64,000 nucleotides of DNA, taken from positions 124,001 through 188,000 of the forward strand of contig JAUCBJ010006218.1 in NCBI GenBank assembly GCA_032718475.1. The letters are read 5' to 3'. Of the stretch, positions 10,601-20,358 are shown one piece after another. Every line of letters starts with the position of its first letter. The stretch's first letter is position 1. The translations under genes were made by a program, and so were the position numbers. The stretch is from Nemertoderma westbladi (Eukaryota > Animalia > Xenacoelomorpha). Below the pieces are notes generated by a model that did not search any database, was not told where the DNA came from, and was given only the letters and a program-made list of their open reading frames with translations.

Positions 10601-11743
10601 ATGCGGGAACAATTCAATAACTTGTCAATACAAAGAGGTACCACCCGTAAATATAGAATGTCTATACCAAAACTCATGCTGACACAATTTGATAAAGAGT
10701 TTTATCATTTACATTTGAAACTGTTAAAATTTTATATAAAACATGGATTAATTGTTACTAAACTACATAAATTATATTCTTTTCAACAAGAATTTGTATT
10801 TAAAAATTACATCGATTTTAATATTAATCAAAGGCGACTGGCAAAAAGTTACATTGAAACTGCTGTCGCGAAATTGCTCAATAATTCACTGTTTGGCAAA
10901 TCAATAGAAAAGATAAGAGATCGATGTAACTTTCGTATCGCAAATAGCAATGATAAATGCGATCAATTGGTAAATCGTATTAATCATGAACAATTTATAA
11001 TATACAATAATACATTATCGGGACATTTATTAGTGAAAGACTCTGTAACTCTCGATAAGCCTATATTTATTGGTAGCACTGTGTTGGACTTGGCTAAATT
11101 GGATATGTATGATCTGTATTACAATAAATTGCTACCTATTGAGAAAGAATTAAACTGTCGTATTGAAATTGCTGCATCAGACACTGACTCTTTGATAGGT
11201 TGTTACTATAATACATCTCAGAATAATTTTTTTAAAGCATTAATTAAAAATAATATTTTAGATACATCCAATTACCCTAAGGATCACCCGCTCTACAGTG
11301 ATAAAAATAAATCTAGACTCTATTACTGTAAAGACGAACTAGCCTCACGTGAAATTAAACAAGCAGTATTTTTAAGACCAAAATTATATTCAATTTTGGA
11401 ATGGAATAATAAAAATATTCGTAGAGCAAAAGGTATTACAAGAGCTGTTGTGGAAACGAATATTACACATGAAGAATATTTAAAAGCATATAACTCAAAT
11501 GAAGAAATAAAAAAAAACATACACAGATTTCAATCTAAATTACATCGTATTTATACCTTAAAGCAAAATAAATTTGCGCTCAGTAGCTTTGATGATAAAC
11601 TTTATTGGCTTAATAAAAATCAATCGCTTCCTTTGGGGCACTATAAAACAAACCTCAAAAAACCTATAAAAATATCAAATATACCAATTTATGAAGAACC
11701 AAAAGACGACAGTGTTGATGATGAATTATCAAATAGTAAATAA
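7685..11743 (+). CDS. Protein-primed family B DNA polymerase (pPolB)
   Basis: ExoI YFDIEC, ExoII HNSNNYD, ExoIII YLKLDV; Pol A DFNSLY, Pol B KLLNNSLFGK, Pol C SDTDS. Also RKGVFPYEY, an Endo VII-like CFYC..HHSHITGKY..CNSCN insert and N-terminal C/H zinc fingers. Confidence 0.97.
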   Translation: MDKITICCSFCHMNVTRHNYLRHLRSHFESYSCLKCHVVTSCSEICKRHETITGCKEMEFRTYQLTCSTCNKEYTYDNYLRHDCHLKCYYTRKRKSPQRKNILSRKNLRVALGTCATIFTREQEAHDNRLEIYVHDLPTSRDYPDVETAVTQIRGNILQLILDRLKEMNVLRLWLGLNVLMYRSHFSEGEQLETFYFNSSGGAINTVDSPQSFDTWFEYVLENILQKIAIFNTRGSGWRIKSLLRVEIKLAESKCRSLLYKGHGYMELPKALSGKQCVINVQSADNDCFKWAIISAKFSSKVKNNKQRTSSYKNYMTHFIFDNGNKDYPTEWQLAIKLFEKQNSKYIINLLCWNNDNKRTPVSILRQPPFSKITPDKQLLNILLVVKNNNVPKLNHYVCITNLNRLLNTRALHTQGRQYCERCLTHFFRAEVLHRHRLACYQGRSQREKLPNKKRTHISFTNLDRTLAPLFVTYFDIECILQPSVNNQIIQEHIPCAVSYLIVPNTELIDAPKCHLKTFVKSNNNNCIQDFLDSLYTDLTELCCWSEIYTHKTMSFTNIDFVNFEQAKFCFYCNVTLNNNVGKNRHHSHITGKYIAAACNSCNRSLSLKRYLYVLCGHNSNNYDIHCILQSGFRDKKYTDWDIKVIPRNTERYISLSAFIPIKNTSKKIELRFLDTYQFLSFSLSNLVECSTKDVASHDISSILPITLQEMKYFYPNLNNSTIKRKGVFPYEYLTDINKFNDTGLPSINNFFSNLSQKTCTIEDYRFAGISWVEFDCVNLKDYLLAYLKLDVCLLADIFENFRNVCKQNYDLEAVFYCSIGSFTYDCALKYNKCKIELIKDYQTYRDFEKSIRGGVSFCRKHYIESNIPGTSTYDSTKEECHIFNIDFNSLYSGNLSKKLPTSQFKEVSIKHLENAIPEKLIEYLVDLDIDGSTGYFLICDLNYPKAIHDQTLQLPLAPEHLSINESMLSPYMREQFNNLSIQRGTTRKYRMSIPKLMLTQFDKEFYHLHLKLLKFYIKHGLIVTKLHKLYSFQQEFVFKNYIDFNINQRRLAKSYIETAVAKLLNNSLFGKSIEKIRDRCNFRIANSNDKCDQLVNRINHEQFIIYNNTLSGHLLVKDSVTLDKPIFIGSTVLDLAKLDMYDLYYNKLLPIEKELNCRIEIAASDTDSLIGCYYNTSQNNFFKALIKNNILDTSNYPKDHPLYSDKNKSRLYYCKDELASREIKQAVFLRPKLYSILEWNNKNIRRAKGITRAVVETNITHEEYLKAYNSNEEIKKNIHRFQSKLHRIYTLKQNKFALSSFDDKLYWLNKNQSLPLGHYKTNLKKPIKISNIPIYEEPKDDSVDDELSNSK

Positions 11744-12272
11744 AAATATAAGTTGTAAGCAGATTATTTATGGACTTAATTTGAAAGAATTAAAAAAGCA
11801 ATTGAATGGTAAAATTGTACTCAAACCTAATCAGTTTATATATAAGGTATTTGGTGCAACCATATTAATGTTTACAAATGGACGAATAACAATTCTCGGT
11901 AGAAAATATAATTTTAATAAAGTGAAAAAACATATATTAGAAAAAACAAACATTAATTTGATTTTTAAATCAATCAATTTGTGTACTTATATTTTTAGTA
12001 TCGATACTGTAATTTATAGGTTACTTATAAATAATATTGGGTTTTATGTTATATTTGATAATGTTAAACTAGAAATTTCATACGACCCTGAAATATTCAA
12101 TAACTGTAAAGTCAGAATAAATAATATTGTTGTTGTTTGCTGTTTCTACACTGGTAAATGTACATTAATGTGTTCCCCGTTTAAATTTCATATATATTAT
12201 CCTATTTTCAACAAGCTGGTTAATAATTTATTATTGTTTGGTGTGGGGGTTTTTGATGTAAAATATAATTAG
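11691..12272 (+). CDS. TATA-binding protein (TBP)-like protein
   Basis: Two TBP-like repeats: ATILMFTNGRITILG (cf. TALIFSSGKMVCTG) and SYDPEIF...VVVCCFYTGKCTL (cf. SYEPELF...VLLIFVSGKVVL). The ORF overlaps the pPolB 3' end. Confidence 0.72.
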   Translation: MKNQKTTVLMMNYQIVNKNISCKQIIYGLNLKELKKQLNGKIVLKPNQFIYKVFGATILMFTNGRITILGRKYNFNKVKKHILEKTNINLIFKSINLCTYIFSIDTVIYRLLINNIGFYVIFDNVKLEISYDPEIFNNCKVRINNIVVVCCFYTGKCTLMCSPFKFHIYYPIFNKLVNNLLLFGVGVFDVKYN

Positions 12273-13261
12273 TACAGGTACGAGTGAAATTTTTTGTTGT
12301 TGTTACTGTTTGGTGGTGGTGGAGATTTTTACTGTAAAATATATATATTAAATTGAAGGGAGAAGAAATTTATGAATATTTTTTTTTAAAATCAACAACT
12401 AGTTTGAGGAGGGAAATTAACTTCAGTAGAGCGATTGTTTCTTGTAACACTCAAGTAGGCATAGTATACTCAGCAGCCGCGGCTAGCTAACTTGGCATTG
12501 TTGCTCACGAGTGAGCCACAATAGCGCATCTGTTACTTATGAGTGTGCGTGTGTACAGCAGGCAACGCTAAGATTAAGGATATGTGCTGGTATTCATAGT
12601 CAAAGACGATGCCATCCTATCTGTTACTAGTCTGTATACCGGTACATATCATTAAAACATCCGCTATGCATCTCCCTACATTCAGAATAGAACAACGATC
12701 AGAGCATATATCGCTAATCCGCATGGGAAAGGTTTATGTTATGCATTTTGTTAACTATGAGAATTTTGTAATGTACACATCTGCGACCCTCTACAAAAAT
12801 ATATATAAACTCAATTTTTCTGACAGTGAACTATAATTTTGTTAAACAAAAGGAGAAAAAAATATCAGTAGGCCTACCTATTCAATTTAAAGATACTCTT
12901 TCCGGTGCCTAGTTACTACGACAACGATAACTTACCTCAATACGAACATGACATTCGCCTTTTTCAATAACCGTGAGTTGACGAGTTATATCAAAATCGA
13001 ATTGCAATCAAGCGACGAAACATATCTCACAGCATCCAATATTGCTGAGATGGAGTTGCGATATATAAACAAAAAATTTGAGATCGGGTTTACTTCGATG
13101 GAATATGGAGTAGGTCAAGTAGGTGGTCTACATTTATCGCCTACAACGCTTGAAATTTCAAAAGATTTCTCGCTTGTTATAAAAATACAACCATCGCGAA
13201 TATCGGGAAGCTCACCCTCTTGCGAAAATTGGGAGAATGATGTTGATGACTCGCTTCACTT

Positions 13262-13829
13262 TGTGACGGGATCCGAGAGGATCCCGGTTTATCCGGTGTT
13301 GGTTACGTACGCGTCCCCGCCGTGTGGATGAAAAGAGTTGTTGTTCTGACGTTGTTGTTAAGGATATAAATTGAGATAACATATAGTGTATAGGTACAAT
13401 AGCAGATAGCACTGAATACTGCTGCACTGGTACCGATAATGTGATGACGGCGGTGACGGTCCTAACTGTCACCGTACTACCTGACTGTACTGACCGACTG
13501 AGATAACTGACTGAATAGGGGAGCACCAACAGGTAATATATACTGCACGGTTGGCCATATTAGTGTACCTAGTCGATGCTGTCCCCCCATTGGCTAATAT
13601 CCCACTTCTCGCCCCTTCACCTTCCCTGGTGTGTTTCCCGTTCACCCCAGCTATTCTCTCTCTTGTCAGGGGAGTAACCCCTGACCCTTATTGTGTGTGT
13701 CTCCTTTGGGGCCTATTGTCCCCGTTTACTGGGCTGACACGAGGTTGATTGGTAATCAACCTCGTGCTCCCAATATTGCTTTATGGCTCACTCTATGGGT
13801 TTGTGTTAGCGGAATTGGATAAGCTAACA
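13262..13829 (-). repeat. 3' LTR (568 bp)
   Basis: Matches 19806..20358 except for 2-bp and 13-bp indels. Confidence 0.95.
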
Positions 13830-13838
13830 CTCCCCCCC
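13830..13838 (-). promoter_or_regulatory. Polypurine tract
   Basis: CTCCCCCCC on the plus strand (GGGGGGGAG on minus) immediately adjoins the 3' LTR. Confidence 0.85.
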
Positions 13839-14394
13839 ATGCTATCTTCCCGGTGAGAAGATAGCATCCAACTAAAGTGCGCTACAATTCCGCTGGATCC
13901 CGATCTAGCATCGGGTGTGGGGTGGGTATATTTTTTCGGAGTCGGCTTTCCAGGCCGCTCCCTATGGGTATGATATTGCTACCCTCTGGCGTTTCGTGTC
14001 GGGCCGATCGTGCGCTTCTCTCACACAACTTTTGTTTCCCCGACACTTACGCCCTGACTCTACTCTTCCTCTCCTCTCTTGCTCTAACTCTTGGACTTCC
14101 CTGTCCCTCACTCTTCCTCTCACTTCTCCCCCCCCACGCTTGAATTGCGCCCACACTCTCTCCACACTATCTCCATACCACCTCGACTACCTTATCCCTT
14201 CTGACGAATCTCACCCCCCCTCCGTGCCGTCGCACTCAGGAAATGTGAAATCGTCTGGCGTCTTGTCCCTAGTGCCATAGTCACTTAGCCCCCCAGTCCC
14301 AGTAGCTAATTGAGAAAGGTTGTATGACTATAGTACTTACACCACTATCTCCGCACTCCGTGCTATCACCTCTCCACTCTCTTGTCACTCCCTA

Positions 14395-15890
14395 AGGCTT
14401 TAATCTCTAATGCTACCCCTGTGCTATCATACTATCTACCTACTGCTTACTAACTCTAACTATCTAACTAACTCTGCTAACTACTAACTTTTACTACTTC
14501 TAGCTCTAACTGAGAGCCTCTAACTTTCTACTGACTCTAACTCTCTACTAAGTCTAACTAACTTCTACTAACTCTACTTGACTCCTCTGAGTCTACCAAC
14601 TCTGCTAACTAGCTCTACTAACTCTACTCCACTAGCTCTGCTAACTCTACTCCACTAGCTCTGCTAACTCTACTAACTAGCTCTACTAACTCTACTCCAC
14701 TCTTCTAACTACGTGGCGCTTGCGGTGCCCACAACCACTCTACTATATGGCACCCTATGTGCCCTCTCTACTACACTACTACCTCTCTAACTCTACTACC
14801 TGGCACCCTATGTGCCCTCTCTACTACTCTACTCTATCTCTAACTCTCTAACTCTACTACCTGGCACCCTACGTGCCCGTCTCTACTCTTCTACTCTATG
14901 GCACCCTATGTGCCCTCTCTACTACCTCTAACACTCTAACTTTACTACCTGGCACCCTACGTGCCCTCTCTACTCTTCTACTACCTGGCACCCAATGTGC
15001 CCGTCTCTACTCCTCTACTCCCCCTTTACGTCTCATCGCCTACACGTGACGCTCTGAGTGCCGGCAGAGTGGGTACGTTAATTATGTGAACTACTACTGA
15101 CTCTACTAACTCTACTAACTCTCTTCTAACTCTACTAACTCTTTTTGTGCCCGGCACCTCTTGTGCCCGGCACCTTCTAACTCTACTAACTCAACTAACT
15201 CTCTACTAACTCAACTAACTCTACTACTAACTCAACTAACTCTACTACTAACTCTTTTTGTGCCCGGCACCTGTTGTGCCCGGCACCCACCCTAATTAAC
15301 ATACCCTGCTCTTACATCAAACACATCATCACGCCCGTGCCCCACTAAGTTCAGCGCATTCCCTACTAGCTCTAACTACGTGGCGCTTACGGTGCCCACA
15401 ACCCTCTACTGCTACTACTAACACCCCTAACTAGCGGTACTACGTACCCTCTTACTACTCTAGCTCTCTCTACTAGCTAGCGGTACAACGTACCCTCTTA
15501 CTACTCTAGCTCTCTCTACTAGCTAGCGGTACAACGTACCCTCTTACTACTCTAGCTCTCTCTACTAGCTAGCGGTACTACGTACCCTCTTACTCTTACT
15601 AACTCTCTAACGGTACTGCGTACCCTCTAACTCTTACTCTCTAATCGGTACTTACGTACCCTCTAACTCTAACTAACTAGCGGTACTTACGTACCCTCTA
15701 ACTCTCTAACTAATTAGCGGTACTTACGTACCCTCTAACTCTAACTAACTAGCGGTACTTACGTACCCTCTAACTCTAACTAACTAGCGGTACTTACGTA
15801 CCCTCCAACTCTCTAACTAACTAGCGGTACTACGTACCACCCTCTAACTAACTAACTAACTCTTACTACCTAACTTCTACCTACTCTATT
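14395..15890. repeat. Complex low-complexity repeat region in the LTR element 3' UTR
   Basis: CTAACT/CTACT matrix punctuated by repeated GGCACCCTATGTGCC, GTGCCCGGCAC and GGTACTTACGTACC motifs. Confidence 0.85.
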
Positions 15891-15914
15891 ATTTAATTAT
15901 TTTCTTATTTTTAA

Positions 15915-17267
15915 TTAAATAATTATTTTATATTTTGTGCGTGGGAAGGGCGTCTCGCCCTCATTCCCACCCCCCTCAGTCCAAAACTTTGGACGACTAA
16001 AAACTCTCACGTGCCCCTTCTTCCAGTAGGCACTCTCCTGCTGCCCTCCTATACGTCCTCTAACTCTTCGCCACACTCTCTTCGGTGCCACCTTTGCTGG
16101 CCTCCCCCTTCGTATGTGCGCTGGCATTAGAGCCCTCGACGACCCCCGCTCGTCCCTCGGTATACGCGGTGTTTGCCCATGTAATGCCCCCCCGCACTGT
16201 ATCAGCCCTGCGTGTGTATGCAACACGCCTCCTTCTACTTTCCCGACTCCTTTGCTCATGGACTTCTCTACCCCTGGTTTAGTCCTTTCACATCCTCTCC
16301 CTTTCCAACACTCTCCGGATCTGTGTCCTTTTACCACACATCGATGACATAGTCCGTTTGCGTCTGTGTAGGCTACACGATCTCGTTTGGGCAACGCTTG
16401 CCAGTACTTGCAACTCCTGGTCTTATGGGTTCCGTCCCGATGTAATTGACATTGGAATCCTGGATTATAGCGTTTCCTGTATAGTCCTTCACGTATCGCG
16501 CTTAGGTTTATATGTACCGATTTAATGTTTTGGTTGTCTAGACTCGGCCTTCTGGGTATATTGGGATTGTGTTTATTTTTGGTGTTATTTTCTTTCTGTC
16601 CCTGCCACGGTGTGGCCCTGCTACCAGCTAACTGTGGACTAGCAGTCCCCTGTACGGCCGCGTGTGGTATTGACTGTCCGCACGACCTGTTCTCGTCCAA
16701 GGGGTTCGATGTTCTCGCTCCTATTGGGGTACATTGTCGATATTGTGATGGGGGAATGTCACCCTGTCCCCCCCCGGCCGGTATGTTTGGTACTGGGGTT
16801 GATGTTAATACATTGGGGCCCATACGTCTATCTCCAATAACTCCCCCCTCCCCTGGATATATGTTATGTCCCTGTGTATTATAGTCATGCTGCTGTACCG
16901 ATATAGGCCTACCTACCTCTCGCCTACCTACCGGTATGTACTCCGCGACTTCCGGGTTTAATCCCGTCGTTCGCGCTACCCTATCGCCTACTCTATCTCT
17001 CCCAGCATGGCCTATAATAGTATGTGCAGTAAGGCCTACAGTATGTCCTGCAGTCTGCATGTGCCCTTCCGAACCGAAGTTTATTCTTCGCGAATCTCGA
17101 ATCTCCCCGCGACTACTGCACTCTCGATCGGCAGCTATATCCCGTCGGGAAGCTTCTCTTCGATCCCCTCTCCTGTTCTCGACTTGTATTGGTACGTCCT
17201 GTACCCCTCTCTTGGCGTGCGGTGCGTTTCTCCGGGGCGACGGCAATCTCCCGAAGTTCGACCCCAC
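15915..17267 (-). CDS. Gag-like protein C-terminal part with BEL/Pao-type zinc knuckles
   Basis: CQLH....HKTRSC..W..L....R.......GLCHRCVVKGHRSGEC (second knuckle CX2CX4HX4C). The spacing resembles BEL/Pao gag. Confidence 0.65.
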   Translation of the reverse strand: MGSNFGRLPSPRRNAPHAKRGVQDVPIQVENRRGDRREASRRDIAADRECSSRGEIRDSRRINFGSEGHMQTAGHTVGLTAHTIIGHAGRDRVGDRVARTTGLNPEVAEYIPVGRREVGRPISVQQHDYNTQGHNIYPGEGGVIGDRRMGPNVLTSTPVPNIPAGGGQGDIPPSQYRQCTPIGARTSNPLDENRSCGQSIPHAAVQGTASPQLAGSRATPWQGQKENNTKNKHNPNIPRRPSLDNQNIKSVHINLSAIREGLYRKRYNPGFQCQLHRDGTHKTRSCKYWQALPKRDRVAYTDANGLCHRCVVKGHRSGECWKGRGCERTKPGVEKSMSKGVGKVEGGVLHTHAGLIQCGGALHGQTPRIPRDERGSSRALMPAHIRRGRPAKVAPKRVWRRVRGRIGGQQESAYWKKGHVRVFSRPKFWTEGGGNEGETPFPRTKYKIII

Positions 17268-19719
17268 TGGCTCCCTGACTCCATCTCTACTATCGACGGT
17301 CCGTTATCCGTCCTCGCACTCCTATCGTTCGTGGCGACACCTTTTCTACTATCTCCTCTTCTTCTCTTTTCAGTGCAGTATTCCGGCTCGTGAGATCTCT
17401 CGTCGACCTCCCGGTTAAACTCCACTGTTCTTCTTCCCTCTTCTGATCGGGCTCGACGCTTCGTCTGCCCTCTCGCGACGTCAACCTGCCTCTCTCTGCT
17501 CGATCGCACGCCGCTGGGGATACTCGCAATCCCCCTATTACTCTCCGTCGCCGGGTGTTGCGGTTTACCTGATTCGGCCCGCGCATTATCCGCTGACGGC
17601 TGTGGGACACTCTCTGCCCCCCCTCTCTCTCTACTAATCTCTCGCGGTGGGGTGCCCGTAGCCCCCCCCCACCCGCCACTTCTAACTTCACTATTTCTTA
17701 CTACACTTCTACACCCCTCTTGTGGGGCATTCTCTGCCCCCCCTCTCTCGCCACTAATTTCTCGCGGTGGGGTGTCCGTAGCCCCCCCCACCCGCCACTT
17801 CTAACTTCACTATCTCTTACTACACTTCTGCGTCCCTCTTGTGGGGCATTCTCTGCCCCCCCTCTCTCGCCACTAATCTTATGTGGTGGGGCGCCGGTAG
17901 CCCCCCCCCCCACCCGCCACATCTAACTTCACTATCTCTTACTTCGTCTCTACACCCCTCTCTAGTCGACGCACTGTCTTTACTACGGCTGGGTCTATTC
18001 ACCCCCGCCTCTCTCTCTACTACTGCGTGGCCCACCAGGCCCACTTCGGGTTGGCTCAACCCCGCTACCTCCTGCCTACCAACTACGTGGCCTACCAGGC
18101 CGCCGTCTGCCGGGTTATATACGTCCGACACGCTCATATTAATAGCACCATTCCCAATATTATTTGTTAAATCAATTAAATTATTAGAATTTGAAACGGG
18201 ATTATTATTTAAATTATTTAAATTACTTAGATCACTACTATTCTCTAAACTTAAATTATTATTCGAATTATTTTGCGGGTTTGAATTGAAATTATTATTT
18301 AGAGTATTTGTATTTAAATTTAAATTACTACTACCTGGTAAAATATTATTTCCTGTAATAAAGGGATTAGGGTTATCTACTACGGTACTATTGACATTAA
18401 CTACTTCTAACGTACTACTACTACCCCCCCCCCCCCCCCCCCCCCGCCCGTACGGCTACACCAGTTCTGGTTCTCTCGCCCGGTGCCTGTAAGTGGGGTC
18501 TCACTCTCTGACAGTTCCAACTGCGCCAGTTTTTGTCGGCGCCGCTCCAGTTTGGCTTGATATTGCGCAAGCCCGCCTAGCAAGGCATGCAAATCATCCC
18601 GCCTGCACTCACCCTCTATCCCCCACTCTCGCATATTCTGCTCGGCCAACTCTGCCTCTCTCGCAATCATCTCAAGCCGCCTCGCCGGCTCGCTCTCTAC
18701 ACCCATCTCTCGCTCTCTACACTCCTTGGCTCTCTCTCTACACTCCTCGGCCCTCTCTCTACACTCCCTCTCCAACTCTCCTACCTTCTCTGAGAATGCG
18801 GTTTCCTCTCTCAATCGTCTCTCTAACTCATTCTGCTCTGTCGCAATCATTTCTAATTTATACGCCATGCGTTCACTCTCTCGCACCCGTCTTTCTTTTG
18901 CGGAGGATGTAGCAGACTTATCGGTTGCGACGGACTCCCGCCGCTCCTCCGTCCCACCAACTTTCCCCCGCCTCCCGGAACTTCCTCCGACCGACGAGAC
19001 CGAATCCTCGGAGTTAACCTCAGATTCGCCCTCCTCAGGTCTCTTCTAACCCACTAATTTTACTCCCCGGGCATCGACTAAGTATGGCCCTACGTACACT
19101 ACGCTAGGTTCCATACCCCCACATTCCCATAGTTCAATCAGTTCGTTGACAACTCCCCTCGCCCTCTCCTCAGCTAGTTCTCTCTGCCCAGAACGCACTA
19201 GGTAATCAAAGTATCTGTTCGACTCACCTAGTCGTCTCCTCAGTCTCACCTCGTCTATCTTCGCCCCTCCTTTGGCCTCCTCAATCGCTCCCTGGTCGCG
19301 AGGTAGGCTCGTCGAAGTCGATCAGAAACCCCGACGTCCTCGTCGCCGACCTCTCTTCCGTCTCTTCGGGTCCGACGTCGTACCGGCGGCTCCACCGTTG
19401 CCGTTCCGGTGGGCCGTCCGTCGCCCTCGGCCTGTGGCGGGCCGGCGACATCGGTACGTCGACCCTCGCTCCGCGTCGACTCGTTTTTCTCTTCTCCTCC
19501 CGACTCGTCTCCTCTACTCGACTCGCTCTCTCCTGGTAGACGACCCCCCACATCTTGGTTCGCCGTGTTGCTCGTTATCGACGTGGCGTCAACCTGCGTC
19601 GACGTGGTCGGCGTAGCATCGACCGACGTCGTGGGTTCGTATCGTCTCGCCGTGGCCTCGCGGATCGTTAGATCGTCGTCCGGGGTCCGTGGCGGTGTCG
19701 TTTCTCCTCCTCTACTCAT
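17135..19719 (-). pseudogene. Fragmented upstream gag-like coding region (coiled-coil and low-complexity segments)
   Basis: Successive minus-strand ORFs start at ATG 19719 and include 18407..18886 (E/R-rich coiled coil) and 17135..17791. Several breaks fall near poly-C runs. A ~119-bp triple repeat lies at ~17610-17960. Confidence 0.45.
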
Positions 19720-19805
19720 CTTGTCTTTGGTGGCTGGTAGCCACAGTCTGTCAGTGCAGTTCGGCAGGCCTAGAGTTAGGACTGTAGGCCTTGGGTAGTT
19801 AGGAC

Positions 19806-20358
19806 TGTGACGGGATCCGAGAGGATCCCGGTTTATCCGGTGTTGGTTACGTACGCGTCCCCGCCGTGTGGATGAAAAGAGTTGTTGTTCTGACGTTGTT
19901 GTTAAGGATATAAATTGAGATAACATATAGTGTATAGGTACAATAGCAGATAGCACTGAATACTGCTGCACTGGTACCGATAATGTGATGACGGCGGTGA
20001 CGGTCCTAACTGTCACCGTACTACCTGACTACTGACCGACTGAGATAACTGACTGAATAGGGGAGCACCAACAGGTAATATATACTGCACGGTTGGCCAT
20101 ATTAGTGTACCTAGTCGATTGGCTAATATCCCACTTCTCGCCCCTTCACCTTCCCTGGTGTGTTTCCCGTTCACCCCAGCTATTCTCTCTCTTGTCAGGG
20201 GAGTAACCCCTGACCCTTATTGTGTGTGTCTCCTTTGGGGCCTATTGTCCCCGTTTACTGGGCTGACACGAGGTTGATTGGTAATCAACCTCGTGCTCCC
20301 AATATTGCTTTATGGCTCACTCTATGGGTTTGTGTTAGCGGAATTGGATAAGCTAACA
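19806..20358 (-). repeat. 5' LTR (553 bp)
   Basis: TGTGACGGG...AAGCTAACA, a direct repeat of 13262..13829. Confidence 0.95.

Larger units (their letters stand above)
13262..20358 (-). mobile_element. Non-autonomous (gag-only) LTR retrotransposon
   Basis: TG...CA LTRs and 5-bp TSD CACTT (13257-13261, 20359-20363). A minus-strand PPT GGGGGGGAG abuts the left LTR. A gag-like zinc-knuckle ORF is present; no PR/RT/RH/IN motifs were seen. Confidence 0.93.

Noticed and set aside
17839-19798. Plus-strand ORFs within the LTR element
   Set aside because: Antisense to the PPT- and gag-defined orientation, low complexity and without motifs.
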